A DNA stretch of 64,000 nt from Hydrolagus affinis (GCA_012026655.1 JAAILG010001529.1:1-64000), one strand, 5' to 3'; positions 37,200-51,869 are shown, numbered from the stretch's first letter. Program-made: numbers and translations. Notes: a model not told the origin generated them from the sequence alone.

Positions 37200-37870
37200 C
37201 ACACAGAGAGACTCACTCACACACACAGACAAAGAATGGTGCGCACACACACACACACACACACACACACTCAATCACTCACACAGGGATACACAAACTC
37301 AGACCCAGAGACACATACTCCGAGAGGGACACACACACACACCCAAAGAGAGAGAGAGACCCACAGACACACACTCAAAGAGAGACATACGCGGATTCAC
37401 ACACAGACAAAGAGAGACACACTGACTCACACTCAGACAAAGAGAGAGAGACAGACTGACTCACTCAGACAACAACAAAATTACATTTATAGAGTGTCTT
37501 TCTCGTCGGGAGGACATCCCAAGGCACTGAACAGTCAGATCGGGACTAAGAGAGACAGACAGACTCACACTCAGACAAAGGGAGAGAGACACACAGACCC
37601 AAACTCAGATTAACAACAAAATTATATTTATAGAGCGCCTTTCACATCGGGAGGATGTCCCAAGGCGCTGAAACAAAGGGAGAGACACACACAGACTCAC
37701 ACTCAGACAAAGAGAGAGAAGAGATAGACAGATTCACAGAGACCGAGAGACACAAACACTCAGACAGAGACACACACTCACAGACAGAGACAACAACACC
37801 CACCGACACTCAGGGATATAAATCTACACACAAACTAAAGAGACAAACACACACCACATACACACAACAA
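37200..37870. repeat. Compound (CA)n/(GA)n micro/minisatellite with two inserted L2 tails
   Basis: Repeated ACTCACACTCAGACAAAGAGAGA-type units; L2 tails at 37470-37547 and 37612-37672. Confidence 0.9.
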
Positions 37871-38745
37871 ATAATCACAACAGCGGGACCTCAGAGTGGA
37901 GCCCATTTGCAGCTTACTGCACATGCACCACTGGAGCTGCTAGTGACGTCAGGTAAACAGTGAGAGCGTCCCTCGGGCCAGAAACTACATTTATGCCGGT
38001 TTGTAGCGGGCGAGGGTCACTGTGGTGGAAAATGCACCACCGCACTTTTCTATTGTCCCAGGCCATGACCATATATCATTAGCAATCAATATGACTTTGG
38101 AAATGGCACAACACAATTGAACTCCAGTTTACAACTTTACTACTATACGAACTCCGGATGAGCACTAAGCTAAGTGACAGACTAGGAGGCATTACTCAAG
38201 AACAAATCAGTTGAAAGAAAAAGGGACATCCATCAAAAAAAAATCATGCATGCAGGACAAATGCAGTGCAGGCAAATTAAACAAAAACACTCCAAAATAG
38301 ATCAAATAAAAAATAAAAAGAGAGAATAAAACATTTTCCAAACTTTGTTGGAACAGTGTCTAACAGTCAGAATTGAGAACTGGAAAGTAGCAGATGACAA
38401 AGATCATGCCAAAAAATTATTCGGCAAATAATAGTAAAAGGTTTAACCCTAAAGTTCTCAAAACTAGTTGAAAGAGAATTAACAGGACATCACAAATGCA
38501 ACCTACAGTGGAACCTCATACAATTTGGTTGTCAGGATTCATAAAATCACAATACAATTTTCCCCATTGGTGTATAATACATTGTCAGAACTGAAAGCAC
38601 ATAGGGAAAGCTCTTTATTGATTACATATGTTTATTTTATATCAGATTTTCAACATAGCTCATACAAACATTTTATACTACTTCCCTGAAGACACTTCAA
38701 TATTATTTCAAAGTAGACATCGATAAGTGAATTCAAATGCACTAC

Positions 38746-38827
38746 CTCTAGGAGAAACGCTGCATGGTTTGGTCCCACCACACACTGCTTAATTGTGGCC
38801 TGCTCCAAAACATTCAGAGGTGGATGA
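38746..38827 (-). CDS. UBR5: UBR5 exon 3
   Basis: HPPLNVLEQATIKQCVVGPNHAAFLLE; CAG acceptor, GTAGT donor. Confidence 0.97.
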
Positions 38828-40208
38828 CTGGAAAAAATGAGAAAGTTAAGTTACTCAAATGTAAAACATGTGTAAATATTGTCATGCTTGTTCCTCAAGC
38901 ACCATGAATCCTCTTTGGCGCAGACCTTGGTGACCTATACTAAAGCCTTCAAAAATCCATTAGTTGATTGTTCTGGCAGCCAGAATAACTCTTGCCTCTG
39001 TTAAGAAGCAGAAAGAGAGAGAAAAAAAACGAGAGACAAGGGAATAGATAAAAACAAAGAAGGTGGGGGAGGAGACAACATGATGAGGAGGGAGAGAACA
39101 TGATGGGGGGGGTGGGAAAAAGAGAAGAGGATGACAATAAGGGGGAGGGAGCAACAGGGGGGAGGGGACAGAAGGCAGGGCAAGGATCGGGAAGGCAGGC
39201 TGGATAGAGAAAGAACATTACTACATCAGTGACATAACCCCTCCCATCCCACTCTGCCCCATCTCAGGAACACCAAATGCGCACAAGATTGTCTCTTCCC
39301 CTTCTTGCCTACGCACATCACAGACAAATCCCTCCCCCACCCCCGTTTCCCAACCCCAACCATGTGCAGACTCAAACCATTAAGAATTGGACTCACTGTA
39401 ACGTTAAATTGTTCCTGATCATTTTTTTCCCACTGGTTTTCTATCCCTTTGACTTCGTGACTACAGGTTTGGTGTACTCTAACTAACCTGCATCTAACTG
39501 ATGAATAAACATACTTTACCTTGGATAACAGTTGCTGCAAGGAAACAAGTGTTCCTGGGAACATTGTCCACAATTAAACTTTGGGAATCAGATGCTAAGG
39601 CAGAGATTCTGAGTTCTCACCCAGCTCATATGAACTTTGCAAGCCAAAGTCCTAACAATTAAGATGGTTCTAACTTGATGAGCAGCAGAAGACATACCAA
39701 TTCCCACAATAGATTGTTTATCTGGTTAACAACAACAAAATTACATTTGTGTAGCACCTTTTACGTCAGAAGAGCTTCCCAAGGCGCTGGACAGTTGGGC
39801 TGACAGTCACAAAAGTCGGGCTTCCCGACTTTTTCATCAGTCGGGAGGGCTTCCCAAGGCGCTGGACAGTCAGTATATCGGACCCGAGCTGGGGGTCGGG
39901 ATTCGGGCGGGTGGGGTGGAAGCAGATTGATCAAAAGCAGTATTCCTATGCTCACTTTAAGGTTCCAAATCTTGTCTTTGTAACCTGCGCAAACGCAGTG
40001 AGTCTCAATCAGTGTCAGCCTGGATAAGTGGTCAGAAGATTGTGGGTTCAAGCCCATGTCAGAACCCACATATTCTAGGTTGACATTCCAAGGCAGTGTC
40101 AGGGGTGCACTACATTTTGTGATGTGCCATTTTTTCCAGGAGGGAGTTTCTCCCGGTATTCAGCTGCTACATTTTCATACAAAGATGGTCACTACAACTT
40201 CATAGTAA

Positions 40209-40308
40209 NNNNNNNNNNNNNNNNNNNNNNNNNNNNNNNNNNNNNNNNNNNNNNNNNNNNNNNNNNNNNNNNNNNNNNNNNNNNNNNNNNNNNNNNNNNN
40301 NNNNNNNN
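40209..40308. other. Assembly gap (100 N)
   Basis: Run of 100 n in intron 2. Confidence 1.
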
Positions 40309-40949
40309 CAAGGCGAAGGGATTGTGGGATGGGATTGCAAAGGGTAAGGTCAGATATGAAGCCATCTATCCTAATTCCCAAGAGAATGTAGGCTTGTGTA
40401 TTTGCATTTGTGAGGGAACAAGAGGGGAAAATTCAGAGGACAGTAGGGGTGATGATCAATAAATAATAAATAAGAAAGGTTGCAACAGAAGCTGGAACCT
40501 GGAAAGGCATCTATAAGATCATTATTAGCATATAGAGATAATCCTTTTGGAGTGCTGTGAGAAATTTCTTTTAAAACCCGAGACAGAAGCAAAAACCTCA
40601 AGAAATATTTATATTCAGCAAGTATATTGGGCTGCTATGTTCGACAACAATTACACTGCGACTCCATTTTCCAGTACTAAATGCAAGGATTATTACTATA
40701 TTTACTATAAAAGCTAAAGGTTACCAAGCTGCAGCTCCAGTGGACCCACATTTCAGAAGTACAAGATTTCAAAGTAAAGGAGGATTTCAACCATGATTTG
40801 AAGTTCTGTACGGTAAGACTAAGCAAAACCAGCCATCAAAAACATTCTAGACAGAAGTTAACTTCATGCCCTGAAACTTATCATAAAAGATTCGGAAAAT
40901 TCTTCAAATCACTCTTAGGGATTGTACTAATTGCGATCCCCACCCACCA

Positions 40950-41200
40950 TTTGGAACTCCATCCCACATTCCTTTTGCCTCACTCCCTCGCCTCCATCAA
41001 GCACATCTCAAGAACCTTATCCTCGACCATGCCTTCAGCCGTACCCTCCACCTTCCTAGATCCCAATCTCCCCCCACCCCCCACCGCTCGGGTCCAAATT
41101 CCTGACAGCCCAGCACCTTGGGACGTCCTCCAGACATGAAAGTACTTGGGACCTCCTCCAGATGCGAAAGGCACTATATAAATGTAATTTTGTTATTGTT
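40950..41200 (+). mobile_element. L2 LINE 3' fragment with duplicated tail segment
   Basis: L2 3' UTR; CTTGGGACGTCCTCCAGACATGAAAG is repeated imperfectly; ends AAATGTAATTTTGTTATTGTTG. Confidence 0.85.
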
Positions 41201-41452
41201 GTCCTTATACAAACATAACTTTGTATTTTTTGCACTTGTATTTTAAAATGGAAGTTGTCAGATATTGTTAAATAGTTATTCAACAGGAACACAATTTAGT
41301 AAATTCAATTATTCTCCGAGAAGGAACAAAACAACATTTTGAAATCAGTTTGCACTTCTTAAAAATTATCAGGTAATTTGTTTCTGCTGATAATGCCATA
41401 TTCTGAGTTGCAAATGGATACAATTCTAGTTTAACCATTCTGTACTTAACTA

Positions 41453-42030
41453 CAACAACAACGCAAAATTACATTTGTATAGTGCCTTTCACGTCAGGAG
41501 GACGTCCCAAGGCGCTGGACAGTTACTGATTCAGACCCGAGCTGAGGAAAGTGGGGGGGGGGGGGGGAGGAGGAGTTGCCGATGGGTCCATCAAAGAGGA
41601 GTCTTGAGGCGAGACTTGAAGAAGGCGAGGGAGGTGGCGAGGCGGAGGGACTTTGGGATGGAGTTCCAGAGGCTGGGGGCAGAGTGGCTGAGGGCTCACC
41701 CGCCAATGGTTGGGCGGGTGTGTCTGGGGACGTGGAGCAGGCCAGAGTCTCCTTAACGGAGGGCACGGACAGGTTGGTAAGGGAATAGGAGGTCACGAAT
41801 GTAGGGTGGGGTGAGGTTGTGGAGGGCTTTAAATGTGAGGACCAGGATCTTGAATTGGATCCTCGGGATGATGGGGAGCCAATGGAGTCGGGCAAAGATG
41901 GGGGAGATGGGGGTCACAGAGTTTGGAACAGTAGATAACACAGGCTGCAGAGTTCTGGATTATCTGCAGCCTGTGGAAGGAGGAATTGGGAAGGCCAACC
42001 AGCAAGGCATTTGCATAATCGAGCCGGGAT
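41453..42030 (-). mobile_element. L2 LINE 3' fragment
   Basis: ARLHWLPIIPRIQFKILVLTFKALHNLTPPY on the minus strand; L2 tail at 41453-41520. Confidence 0.9.
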
Positions 42031-44974
42031 ATAATGTAATTTATCTACTACAGTAGATAAAACATGTACATCCCCACCTATCCATTAGGAAAAAAATCAC
42101 TGAACAATGTTGAAATAATTCACCTCAACTTAAAACCTAGAAATTAAACTTTCCAGTTAGTTAATATGACGGTATCCTTCTTATCCAATAAGCATACATC
42201 TAGAACAACATTACATTTGTATAGCGCCTTTCACATCGGGAGGACATCCCAAGACGCTGAAATCTAGGCTTCTAAGCACATAAAATAAACTATATCCACC
42301 ACAGAGCCATGTGTAAACAAACCCTAACAGAAAGGCATTGGTTACTCCAATGCTGGTGTCAGTCTGACTCAGTTGGTCAGCCTCCGAGTCATAAAGCTGT
42401 GAGTTCAAGACCCACAACAGAATTTTGAGCTCAAAGTCTAGGCTGCCACTTCAATGCTGAAGGAACGTTATATTGTAAGGAGAGAAGATAAGCAACGTTT
42501 CTTTGGGGCTGAGCTGGTTCCAAGATGAAGTGCTCAGCAATTGAATAATGAAATTGAGTCCTCTGTGGCAAACTCATTAATCTGATTCCTGTACTACTGT
42601 TGATCTACCAATCTGGATAATCAATGGAATTCAAGGGGAAAAGACAGCACTAAACAACTTGCATGTATATAGAGCGCTTCACATGGGGTAGCATCCCAAG
42701 AGCACTCAGCTCCTGATGACCCTGAAAGCTAAAGCCATAGTGGGTAGAGAGGTCTTAGCTGGACAACCAGCAGGTTTGTCAGTCAGTATTCAAAATTGCA
42801 AGCGGAACTATTTTGGTTGCTTAACTCCAACACTCTGGGGTTCTCAAGTAAACCTGTACTAGGATTAAGAAGGCAGCAGAATCCCCCTGGGAAACATACA
42901 CTTCATTTTAGATAAAGAATTTCCATTCACACATGGTTCAAAGTCTAGCTTGGATACTCTTAATAGGTTTCCATAGGGTCAGAAACAACAAAATTACACT
43001 TGTATCGTGCCTTTCATGTTAGGAGGCCTTCCCAAGGCGCTGAAACCCAGCTGACACAAAAAAATTATCCTTACTCTTTGTGAAATATGAATACTATTGA
43101 AGGATCCAGCCCTCACGCCTCAGACCATTAACATTACCAATCAACTAGACACAACCATATCTTAATGTAAACTATTTCTGTCTCCTTTCCTTCTTCCACA
43201 AAAATCCTCTAAAAGAAACTAGTCAAAAAACATGGTCGCTAAAACAGTAGTGCTAAAATATAAGTCAATAATGATCTCTTTGGAGACTAAGTACTCCCAT
43301 CTCCACTTTAGTGCTAAAAAGAATTAACTCAGTGATGTAAACAAATCTAAATCCTTCCAGTTCACATTTTGCTACAGATGAATCGGTTGTGTGTTGAAAC
43401 AGACTATGAAAAGCTGAAAATTAAACTCCATTTAACCCATTTGTAAAGAAATACTCCAGCTATGCAACACAGAATCCTATCCCAGACATATTTCACTTGA
43501 TCCCAACAGATGAGTACTTCATAAATTCTCAGCACATTCCAGTGTTTTGCCCTTTTGACCTAAGATCATTAAAGCATAACTGGGATTGCTATTACTCAAC
43601 CTATCCCCAACTTTATTCAGCATGCAGAATGCCTGCTCTTTCAACGAAAATGAAGCACGCAATCATACTAATATTACCACTTAAAAATCTTCGAAACAAA
43701 AGCACCAATAGAGCACATGATGGTTCCACTTAGATTTTAAAAAAGGAACCAGCACTGTACTGAGAAGATGCTCTCATCACAAAGCATGCCATTATGTTGG
43801 AGGCGCTTTTCAATATAAACAATTTTCAGAGGTGCATTTTATTCAGCATAATTAGAATACAGCAATCAAAAGGGCCATATTTTAAAATGCTGATAATTAC
43901 ATTTAAATTAGTCACATGCAGCAATTTAAACAAATTATAGCCGAACCATTGCAAGACACTATAGCATCAGTCATTCCCAATTGAACAATCTGAATTTCTA
44001 ATGAATACTCCACCAAAAACGTGAAAGAGGAAATTAAATTGTGGCAATAATTGAGACTGCGTTCAACATTACCTCCAACATTATTCCTTCGGTATAAAAT
44101 TACTTTATTTAACAGTTTGGAAATGCAGATGAATAAGAAAACAGATATTTCCTTTTGAAGTGTTATTGCATCAAGTGCCAATTCCTCAAGAGGTTACTCC
44201 TTAAAATAGAAGAGAACAAATTTCCTAATGCATCTGGTCCCATCTCCATTGTGTCAACTGAAGTTACAGATTAGATAACGTTTAAAATCTTATTCCAGCA
44301 ACAAATTTCAATTCTAATGTCATTACACTTTATAGTACATCCTGTCAAGTGATTAGCAATGCCAATCCCAATCCAAGAAGCTATATCAAATGTAAGGATT
44401 ATAGTTGATATGTGCCATATTGTGGGTACATCGCAACTGCATTGCATGCCTCATGAAAAACTACTGTTTTGAGTCTTACAGACTTGTAATTGAAGAAAAT
44501 TAGGAGGGAAAGAAGAGTGAGTTTTATGGCATCTGTTTGCAATCTGTTCATGACCGACTGGTTGCAAACAACAACTATCAAAGCATGGAATACCTTATGT
44601 AAGGAAGGACAGCAAAACATCTTCAGCCTGAATCCCAAAACAAAGCTCATGTCAAATCTCAAAAAGAGGAATCCATTCTACTAAGACTTCGGTTAGAGAA
44701 ACACCACCTAATTTGCCAATTGTTGTAAGCAATCCAAAATGCAGATAGGCATTTTTCTCCCAATGAAAAAAAATTCAAATTTGTTATGAGATCCTTTTCC
44801 CTGTGAACTGTTTGGATTCCTGCATGTTGCATATCTATTTCAATCTGAAATGCTACACAAGCATGTTATCCTATGAGTAAACATGAAATAGATGCTTACA
44901 ATTTTAAATCACTTTACAGGAAGCCAAACTCACCACAGTGAGAAAATATTAAAAATGACAAATAGTCACAATAC

Positions 44975-45019
44975 CTGCTTAAGTTGAATTTGTTGAGTTT
45001 TTCTGATACTTCCCGTAAT
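44975..45019 (-). CDS. UBR5: UBR5 exon 2
   Basis: cag|A TTA CGG... = LREVSEKLNKFNLSS; 45 nt; donor GTATT. Confidence 0.96.
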
Positions 45020-48000
45020 CTGCAAAGAAAAAGTCAGTTGTGAAACAGAAAATTCACAAATGTAATCCTGTTGCTCAGTGTGTGCTCGCCATTCTTCATT
45101 TCCTTTGTTTTTTCTCTTGAGTTTCCACCATTCCCATCCCTAGAAATATTTTGTAGCTCTAACTTCAGTGCAAAATATGCAACACTTGCAATGTAACATT
45201 TGATAGCTTTCCCTGACTGAAGTTCCACACTGCACAGAACACCCTAACTAATTGGTTTAACAATACTTCTTCTATTCTCTATTGACTGCAAAGCTGCACT
45301 TCTAATTAGTGTTTGTAATGTTGCATCTCTTAAATACCAGAACAGGATTACTGATGTGACTACACAAACCATACAGAAGCACTCTCATTTCATATTCCAA
45401 ATCCCATACTTTGTTACCTCCACTGCAATTGTTATTTTATGAATTCATCTGTACTCATCAACCCATTATAAAGAAACCCAACAGTAATGCCTCACAGTAT
45501 TTGAACTTGAATATTTGAGATTGCTCAGTTTAAAATAAATCTTTAATTTGTAAGATATGCAAAGATGCACAACAGTATTAGAGCAGTTTTAGACATGAGA
45601 TCAATTTTGCATATTTATCATTACATTAACTGAACTGCACAAAACACTCCCATTAAATTTGCACAAAGAGCACGTCCCTAGATTCAAAAATCCCATTAGA
45701 AGATCATTTTAGTCAGGACTTTTTTTCCATAGGACTGTGGAGTCAGATCCTTTCCCCAATTAGCGATTTGGATCCTTCAACTGTATGCAAAAGCACATAT
45801 GCAGTGCAGTATTATGAGTAAATCAGCCTAAAAAGTAGCAAGAGAAAAAAGCCTGACCTACGACTACCTCATTTGCCCTAAACACAACTGAGGTTTTTTG
45901 AGTTTGTACACCATAAATTTTAATCAAGAAAAATTCAACCAAGAAAATTGTATTGGCCAACCATAAAAGCCACCACTGGTTTAAAGGTAACCTAGTCTAT
46001 AGTTAATGGAAAGTCTCCCCCACCTCCTCGTATAGCAAGAGTCCATTTAGAGTGCTGTTGGATACCAGAAAGTTCAGTACACTTCCAGCACTAAACAGTC
46101 TTCTTCCACACAATGTGCAAAGGCTTACCAGAGGTTGGCAGTCTCCCAACAAACACTGGAAAAGCTCACCAGAGCAGTTCCCAACTTCCCGCATACATGC
46201 ACAAGTCAGCAGCAAACTAATGGCCTTGGTAGCGCTAATCTGGTGTCCATTTTTACACTTGCCCTATTATAATGTGATGTTTAATTTTTATGAACTAATT
46301 TTATGTCAACTATATTTGATCCTAATGTATTTCTTGATTCTCCAGCTGTGCCGTAGTCACATGGGTACTATGAACCTGTTTGTACTATGAATTTTAAAGA
46401 TTTTATTACATTATTCATAGGGAGAAGAGAATTTCTTAGTTAGCATTATTGAATTGCTAACTCACTTCTTTCCTGTCTGTGGAATACTGCTATGTGGAAA
46501 TTACCTACAGCATTTACCTACACTACACAGGACTGCAATTGCCTGTGAATGGTAGACAATAAATAAACACAATTATTTAAACTTGGTTGTTACCATACTA
46601 TCAATCATTTGCTGTAACCAGGTCTTAAAATGTAGTGGTGTTACTTACCATCATTTCAATATACTGTACAGCAATTTACTTGTGGGATTGTAACTGTTTC
46701 AACCACAGTTTGTTCATTTGAACAGTGGAGCCTCATTAAAATATGGTGGTCGGAATCCATAAATCCTAACCCTCAAGCATGTATACAGCCGACTGGCATA
46801 ATTCCCACATGCCACCCAGTTCCTCCACTAAAAAAAGTGCCCGTGTTTATGTCACTTTGCATGCATCACATGCACAGTATACAGGAAATAACCCAAAAGT
46901 CGGCTATTTTTAGGGCTGGAACCAGCCAACATAGAAAACCAAGTGGATTAACTATGCACAAGAGCATATTGGGGTACACAAGCATTCACAGTAAGCAAAT
47001 CTGTACCGTAATGAAGCACATACTGCACTGTACTGAAAACGACATTATTCTAATCCATACAGTTGGTATAGTGCCTTTTGGCCAGGATTTCAGGAGCAAC
47101 TGCCTCCTCTTTTCAACTAGAGCCATGGGATATATAACATCCACCTGAATCAGCAAACAAGACATCAGTTTAATTAATAATGATCATGTTGGGAGACCTT
47201 CACAGAACTGCATGTCTAAGTGTTTCACAGAATATACTGTAAAGTGGTGTGACTGCATGTATTGTAGGCGAAGGGTGCAGCTGGTATGTGCACAGTAATG
47301 TCCCACAAACTGCCATGAAATGCCACATACTTCCAGCATTGCATTGAGTGGCAACTGAGATAATCCAGAGGTTAGAGAACTACCAACTGAGCTAGGTTCT
47401 GAGCTATACAACATGGGTAAAATCCTAAAAGTAAAGAAATCAGAGATAATATTAAGAGTACTACATAAGAATTCTCCTAAACACGACTTTTTCTATAGTG
47501 CAATGGCAGAACACTAGTAAATAAGACAAGTGATAGCACGGCAACTATACTATGTTGTCTTACAGATATGCTATTTGAATGAATGAGTGATACACTTTCT
47601 AACCAGGAATCTAATATGTCAAGGAGTCATTAACTGAAGTCAGTTATGGAAAGATTTCCAAACCTCCTATTCAAACTGGTCTCCAAATCAGACACCAAAG
47701 CCACTCTCCTCTCTCAGAAGACACTGGCTTGCTTCATGTCCACTGTCCCACCATTAGTGAGTGACCTTTCATTCTTTCTGCCCCACCCCTACCCCATTCA
47801 AACTCCATCCGGGAGTCTCGTCAAATTGCTCTTTTACCTCATGCTAGATGTTTCAAGATCTACTCTTTGATTGGGCTTTCAGACATCTTTCCCCTCCTCC
47901 CAGTCTCACACCACCCTTCTACACTCTGTACAAGCCAGTAGTTATCTCTTTCAGACACACCTACTCCGACTCCTCCTCCCCTGCTCTTGTCCCCACCTGA

Positions 48001-50439
48001 CTGTACAGCACCTTGGGACGTCCTCTTGACGTGAAAGGTGCTATATAAATGTAAGTTTTGATTGATTCATCCTCCAAATGTTAAACACATTATGTAAATG
48101 TGTTTTGTACTTCAGTTATCCTGTCAACGTTTCTCTCCTGATTAAATCTGTTTAATCATTTTATGGTGTAAACATAATGCTAAATGTATCACCAAACTAG
48201 TTGATTATATAAAAATAAATATTCTACCTTACAGATGAAATCTTGTAAGGATTAAGGATCAAAATCTGAAAGCAAATTGCAATCTATGAAATGTTCTTGC
48301 CAAATTACATTGTACTCGTCATCCTATACATTGCTCTATTTGCTATTTGGGCAAAGCCAAATTCTCCTCTCTTCTAGTCAAAATTACACATTCGAACAAA
48401 TTAGTCGCAGTTGGATAACAAACAATCCAACAAGACGGATGCACATATTTAACCTCACTGTATTTACCTAAAAGGAACAATGTATTCACCATATAATGTC
48501 ACTGTTAACAAATGGCCAGATTAGTCACTACCATGAACCATTTTGGTAACCTTGAAAACAAAATAATGCACAGAACTGAACATCTGGAATAATTTTCAGG
48601 AGAAACAACTAATGGCAGCAAACAGCTAATTCCATATTTTCATTATAGTAGATTTAAAAATAGTGACAAGCATGTACGCTTGGCCAGCAAACACAAATTC
48701 AAAGCATAACGCAAAAGCTTACTTTCACAATGGAAGTGAATATACATCCCTATGCAAGTAAGCAAGTAGCAAACATTGTCAGAATTATTATCCCCATATG
48801 ACTGGATGCAGTTACCAAATTTGCAGCGAAAATTTTCAATGAGCTAAAAGAACATTTGTTCACTTCTTTAATAACTAAACCACTCAATTGATACTTTTCA
48901 TACATTCTTAAACAGGTGACATCACAAAATATGGTAATTGACCCAACACAACTAAATCCTCAACTGTTTTAATAAACACATTTTAAAATCTTGCACTTAT
49001 GTAGTACTTTTCATGTAAGAAAACATTTTTTAAAAGTTCTTTACAAAGGCAAATAAAATAGGAGGTGGATAGGAGAATGATGGGGGTGGGTTGAAGGAAT
49101 TTGACCACAACCGAGGTCAAAGACAGGTTATCAAAAAGGTTTTGAAAAGGGATTTGTGGAGAATGCTCCCAAGAACAAGATGGCTAAATGATTGGCCACC
49201 AATGGTGGGACAGAAATTTAGCAAGCCTTTTAGCAAAATTTAGCAAAAGGCAGTAGAAGTGAAGAAAAATACATAGGCAGAATGCAGCATGGGGTGGAGG
49301 AATTTGACAAGTCTAAATGAAAGGATACTCCCCACTCAAGATAACTCATCACTGAATCCTTTACAGAATTTACTGTATTTATAATACAGTAGCCCACCTC
49401 TCTTGACTGTCTCTCACCAACTTTGTTTAATTCAACTTTTTATTTATTCTCTAACAAACTTCCTATATCTCCAACTCTGAGACTCCCGTGCTCTCTCATC
49501 CAAAAGCAATCGTCCAAGCAATTCAAGCCTACTGCATGGATAATAGTATTCCCAGCAATCTCATTCAGAAGCACAACTATTTTTGCCATCATTACATGTC
49601 CATTTCATGGCTGCATCAGTGCCCATTAACAGACATGTTGATATAATGATTGCCTTTCATACCCAAAGATGGCCATTCATACAATTTGAACACCTGGGTA
49701 TGTTAATTTGTTTATAGTCTGAACTCTGAACAATCTCACTTTTAGGGAGCAAGTGGTGTAATATGGAGTCAAGGAATAACAATAACAAAATTACATTTAT
49801 TGAGCACCTTTCACTTCGGGAGGCTATCCAAGAAGACAAGACTACTTGCTAACTACAGAGGAAAGAGATTGGCCAAACAACTAACATCCAGGTTCCTACT
49901 TACTGCTATGTAACTAAGAGTAAATTGGAGGAACAAAACTTGCTTAAAGTTTTGCCCTGCCAGGGAGTAGAACGCAGGTCCTCTAGTTTGCGAGGTGAGC
50001 GCAATAACCACTATACTACAGGTGGATATGCATGTTAAATCATCAAATTGAGAGGCATTTGGTATAGAACCTTAATATACAAATATACAGTCAATTTTCC
50101 TACTCTTCTTCATCCTGCCCTGACCCCTCCCCCCTGCTCTTGTCCCTACCTAACTGTACAGCACCTTGAGATGTCCTCTCGACGTGAAAGGCGCTATATA
50201 AATGCAAGTTTGGATTGATTTGATTGATTGAATATGGTGAACACTTCACATAGTAATTTTGTGCAGTATTTGTTATTGGGGAAATGCACTGCTTAATCTG
50301 CAATAGCAATTTCGTATATAAATATACTTGCATTTCATATAGCGCCTTTTACTTTTGTTCTTATGTACGGTATATAGCTTGGGACATGACACGTCAAGTA
50401 ACTGCCAGGATGGTGGAAGGAGAACTAGATAGGCCTTGT

Positions 50440-50845
50440 GTCTTCTTTCGCCTAGCAAATTCTTATGTTCCTATCGAGACAACAGTGTTTCACATGCTTT
50501 TACCGAAGTGATGACTGTATGTGTGTTAGTTGAGTTCAACAGCCAATTTGCACACAACGATGTTACACAAACAGCCTTGAAGCAAATAACTAACGTTATC
50601 TGGAGCAATGTTGTTCGGGACACTAAGAGACCTCCCTTCTCTTTCAAATACTGGCTTGAGGTCTCTGACGTCCACCTGAACAGGTAAACAGGACCTTGCT
50701 TTAACACCATCCTCCAACATTGCAGCACACACCCCTGCAGTGGACTGTTAGCCTAGACTATGCATTCAAAGTCCCAACATAGGGCTTCAGCCTTTCCATC
50801 TCAAGAGTCGAGAAAGTGCTACCAACTGAGTCAGGCTGACACCAA
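50440..50845 (-). mobile_element. DeuSINE-like tRNA SINE
   Basis: Reverse complement GTGTCAGCCTGACTCAGTTGGTAGCACT head; central CCTGTTTACCTGTTCAGGTGGACGT Deu-like domain. Confidence 0.75.
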
Positions 50846-51695
50846 ACTCAGGTTTTTTTTTCTGATTCCTGGATGAGGGAGGTTATCGGACATAACTCCC
50901 TGTTCTACTTCCAAATAATGTCATGGGATTTTTTAATCTTGAACCGCCACAACGGGACTTGTGTGTAATGCCGGATTTGAAGAATATCAGCAATGTATTC
51001 CCTCGGTTATATACTGTAGTGTCAGCTCAGATAAATAGCTCAATATTAATAGCTCAAATAGCTTATGTGGGACTTGAACCCACCACCTTCTGACTAAAAA
51101 CTGATAAAACTGCCAAAATAATATTCACTACTCCTCTAAAAATGGAAAATAAGATGCTTTAATTGCAATCGCAAAGTGAATTAAGCCCCACAAGCCATAA
51201 TCCAGGCCCTGAGTGGCTCACTTGCTAGGCCCCCCTCTACAAATGCAACCAGTTTCAATGCTGCTTTAGGTTATAAAACAAAATGTTCCAAATTACTTAC
51301 CAAGCACCAATTTGTTTCCAACTTTGTTTTGAAACATTACACCATGTACAAAACATTTCCCTTTATCCAAGTGTCTCCAAAGATGGGCATTCTTCATGTG
51401 TAAGTAAACCAGTATGCTATCAGCAAGCTTTTCAATTGCATTCAACTTCACAACCAGACCCAATTCTGTTCTCAAACATACACAAATTTTCCAGGTGGGG
51501 TTCAAAGGTGGAACCATGGCTGATCTTTCTTTCTGGTCTAGCCCATGGATACTGAAGCCAATTGTAGCACCCTACTAGATTAACATACTCAGCACTGCCA
51601 AGCATTTGAACCTGTAGCCTTCAAATCTGCAATCTGGGCCATCAGAGGTGCTTACAAATCACTTTCAATCTCACTTTCAATCCATCTGATTCCAT

Positions 51696-51869
51696 ATAGC
51701 AGGATGATCATCCAAGTCTATTTGCCTCCTTCAAGGCCCGTCTCAAGACCCTACTTTTCAACCGTGCCATTGGTTACCCCGATAGCAGGATGATCATCCA
51801 AGTCTATTTGCCTCCTTCAAGGCCCGTCTCAAGACCCTACTTTTCAACCGTGCCATTGGTTACCCCGAT
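51696..51869. repeat. Perfect 86-bp tandem duplication
   Basis: ATAGCAGGATGATCATCC...TTGGTTACCCCG occurs identically at 51696 and 51782. Confidence 0.95.

Noticed and set aside
37236-37963. Thr/His/Arg-rich ORFs
   Set aside because: These are translations of the (CA)/(GA) microsatellite.
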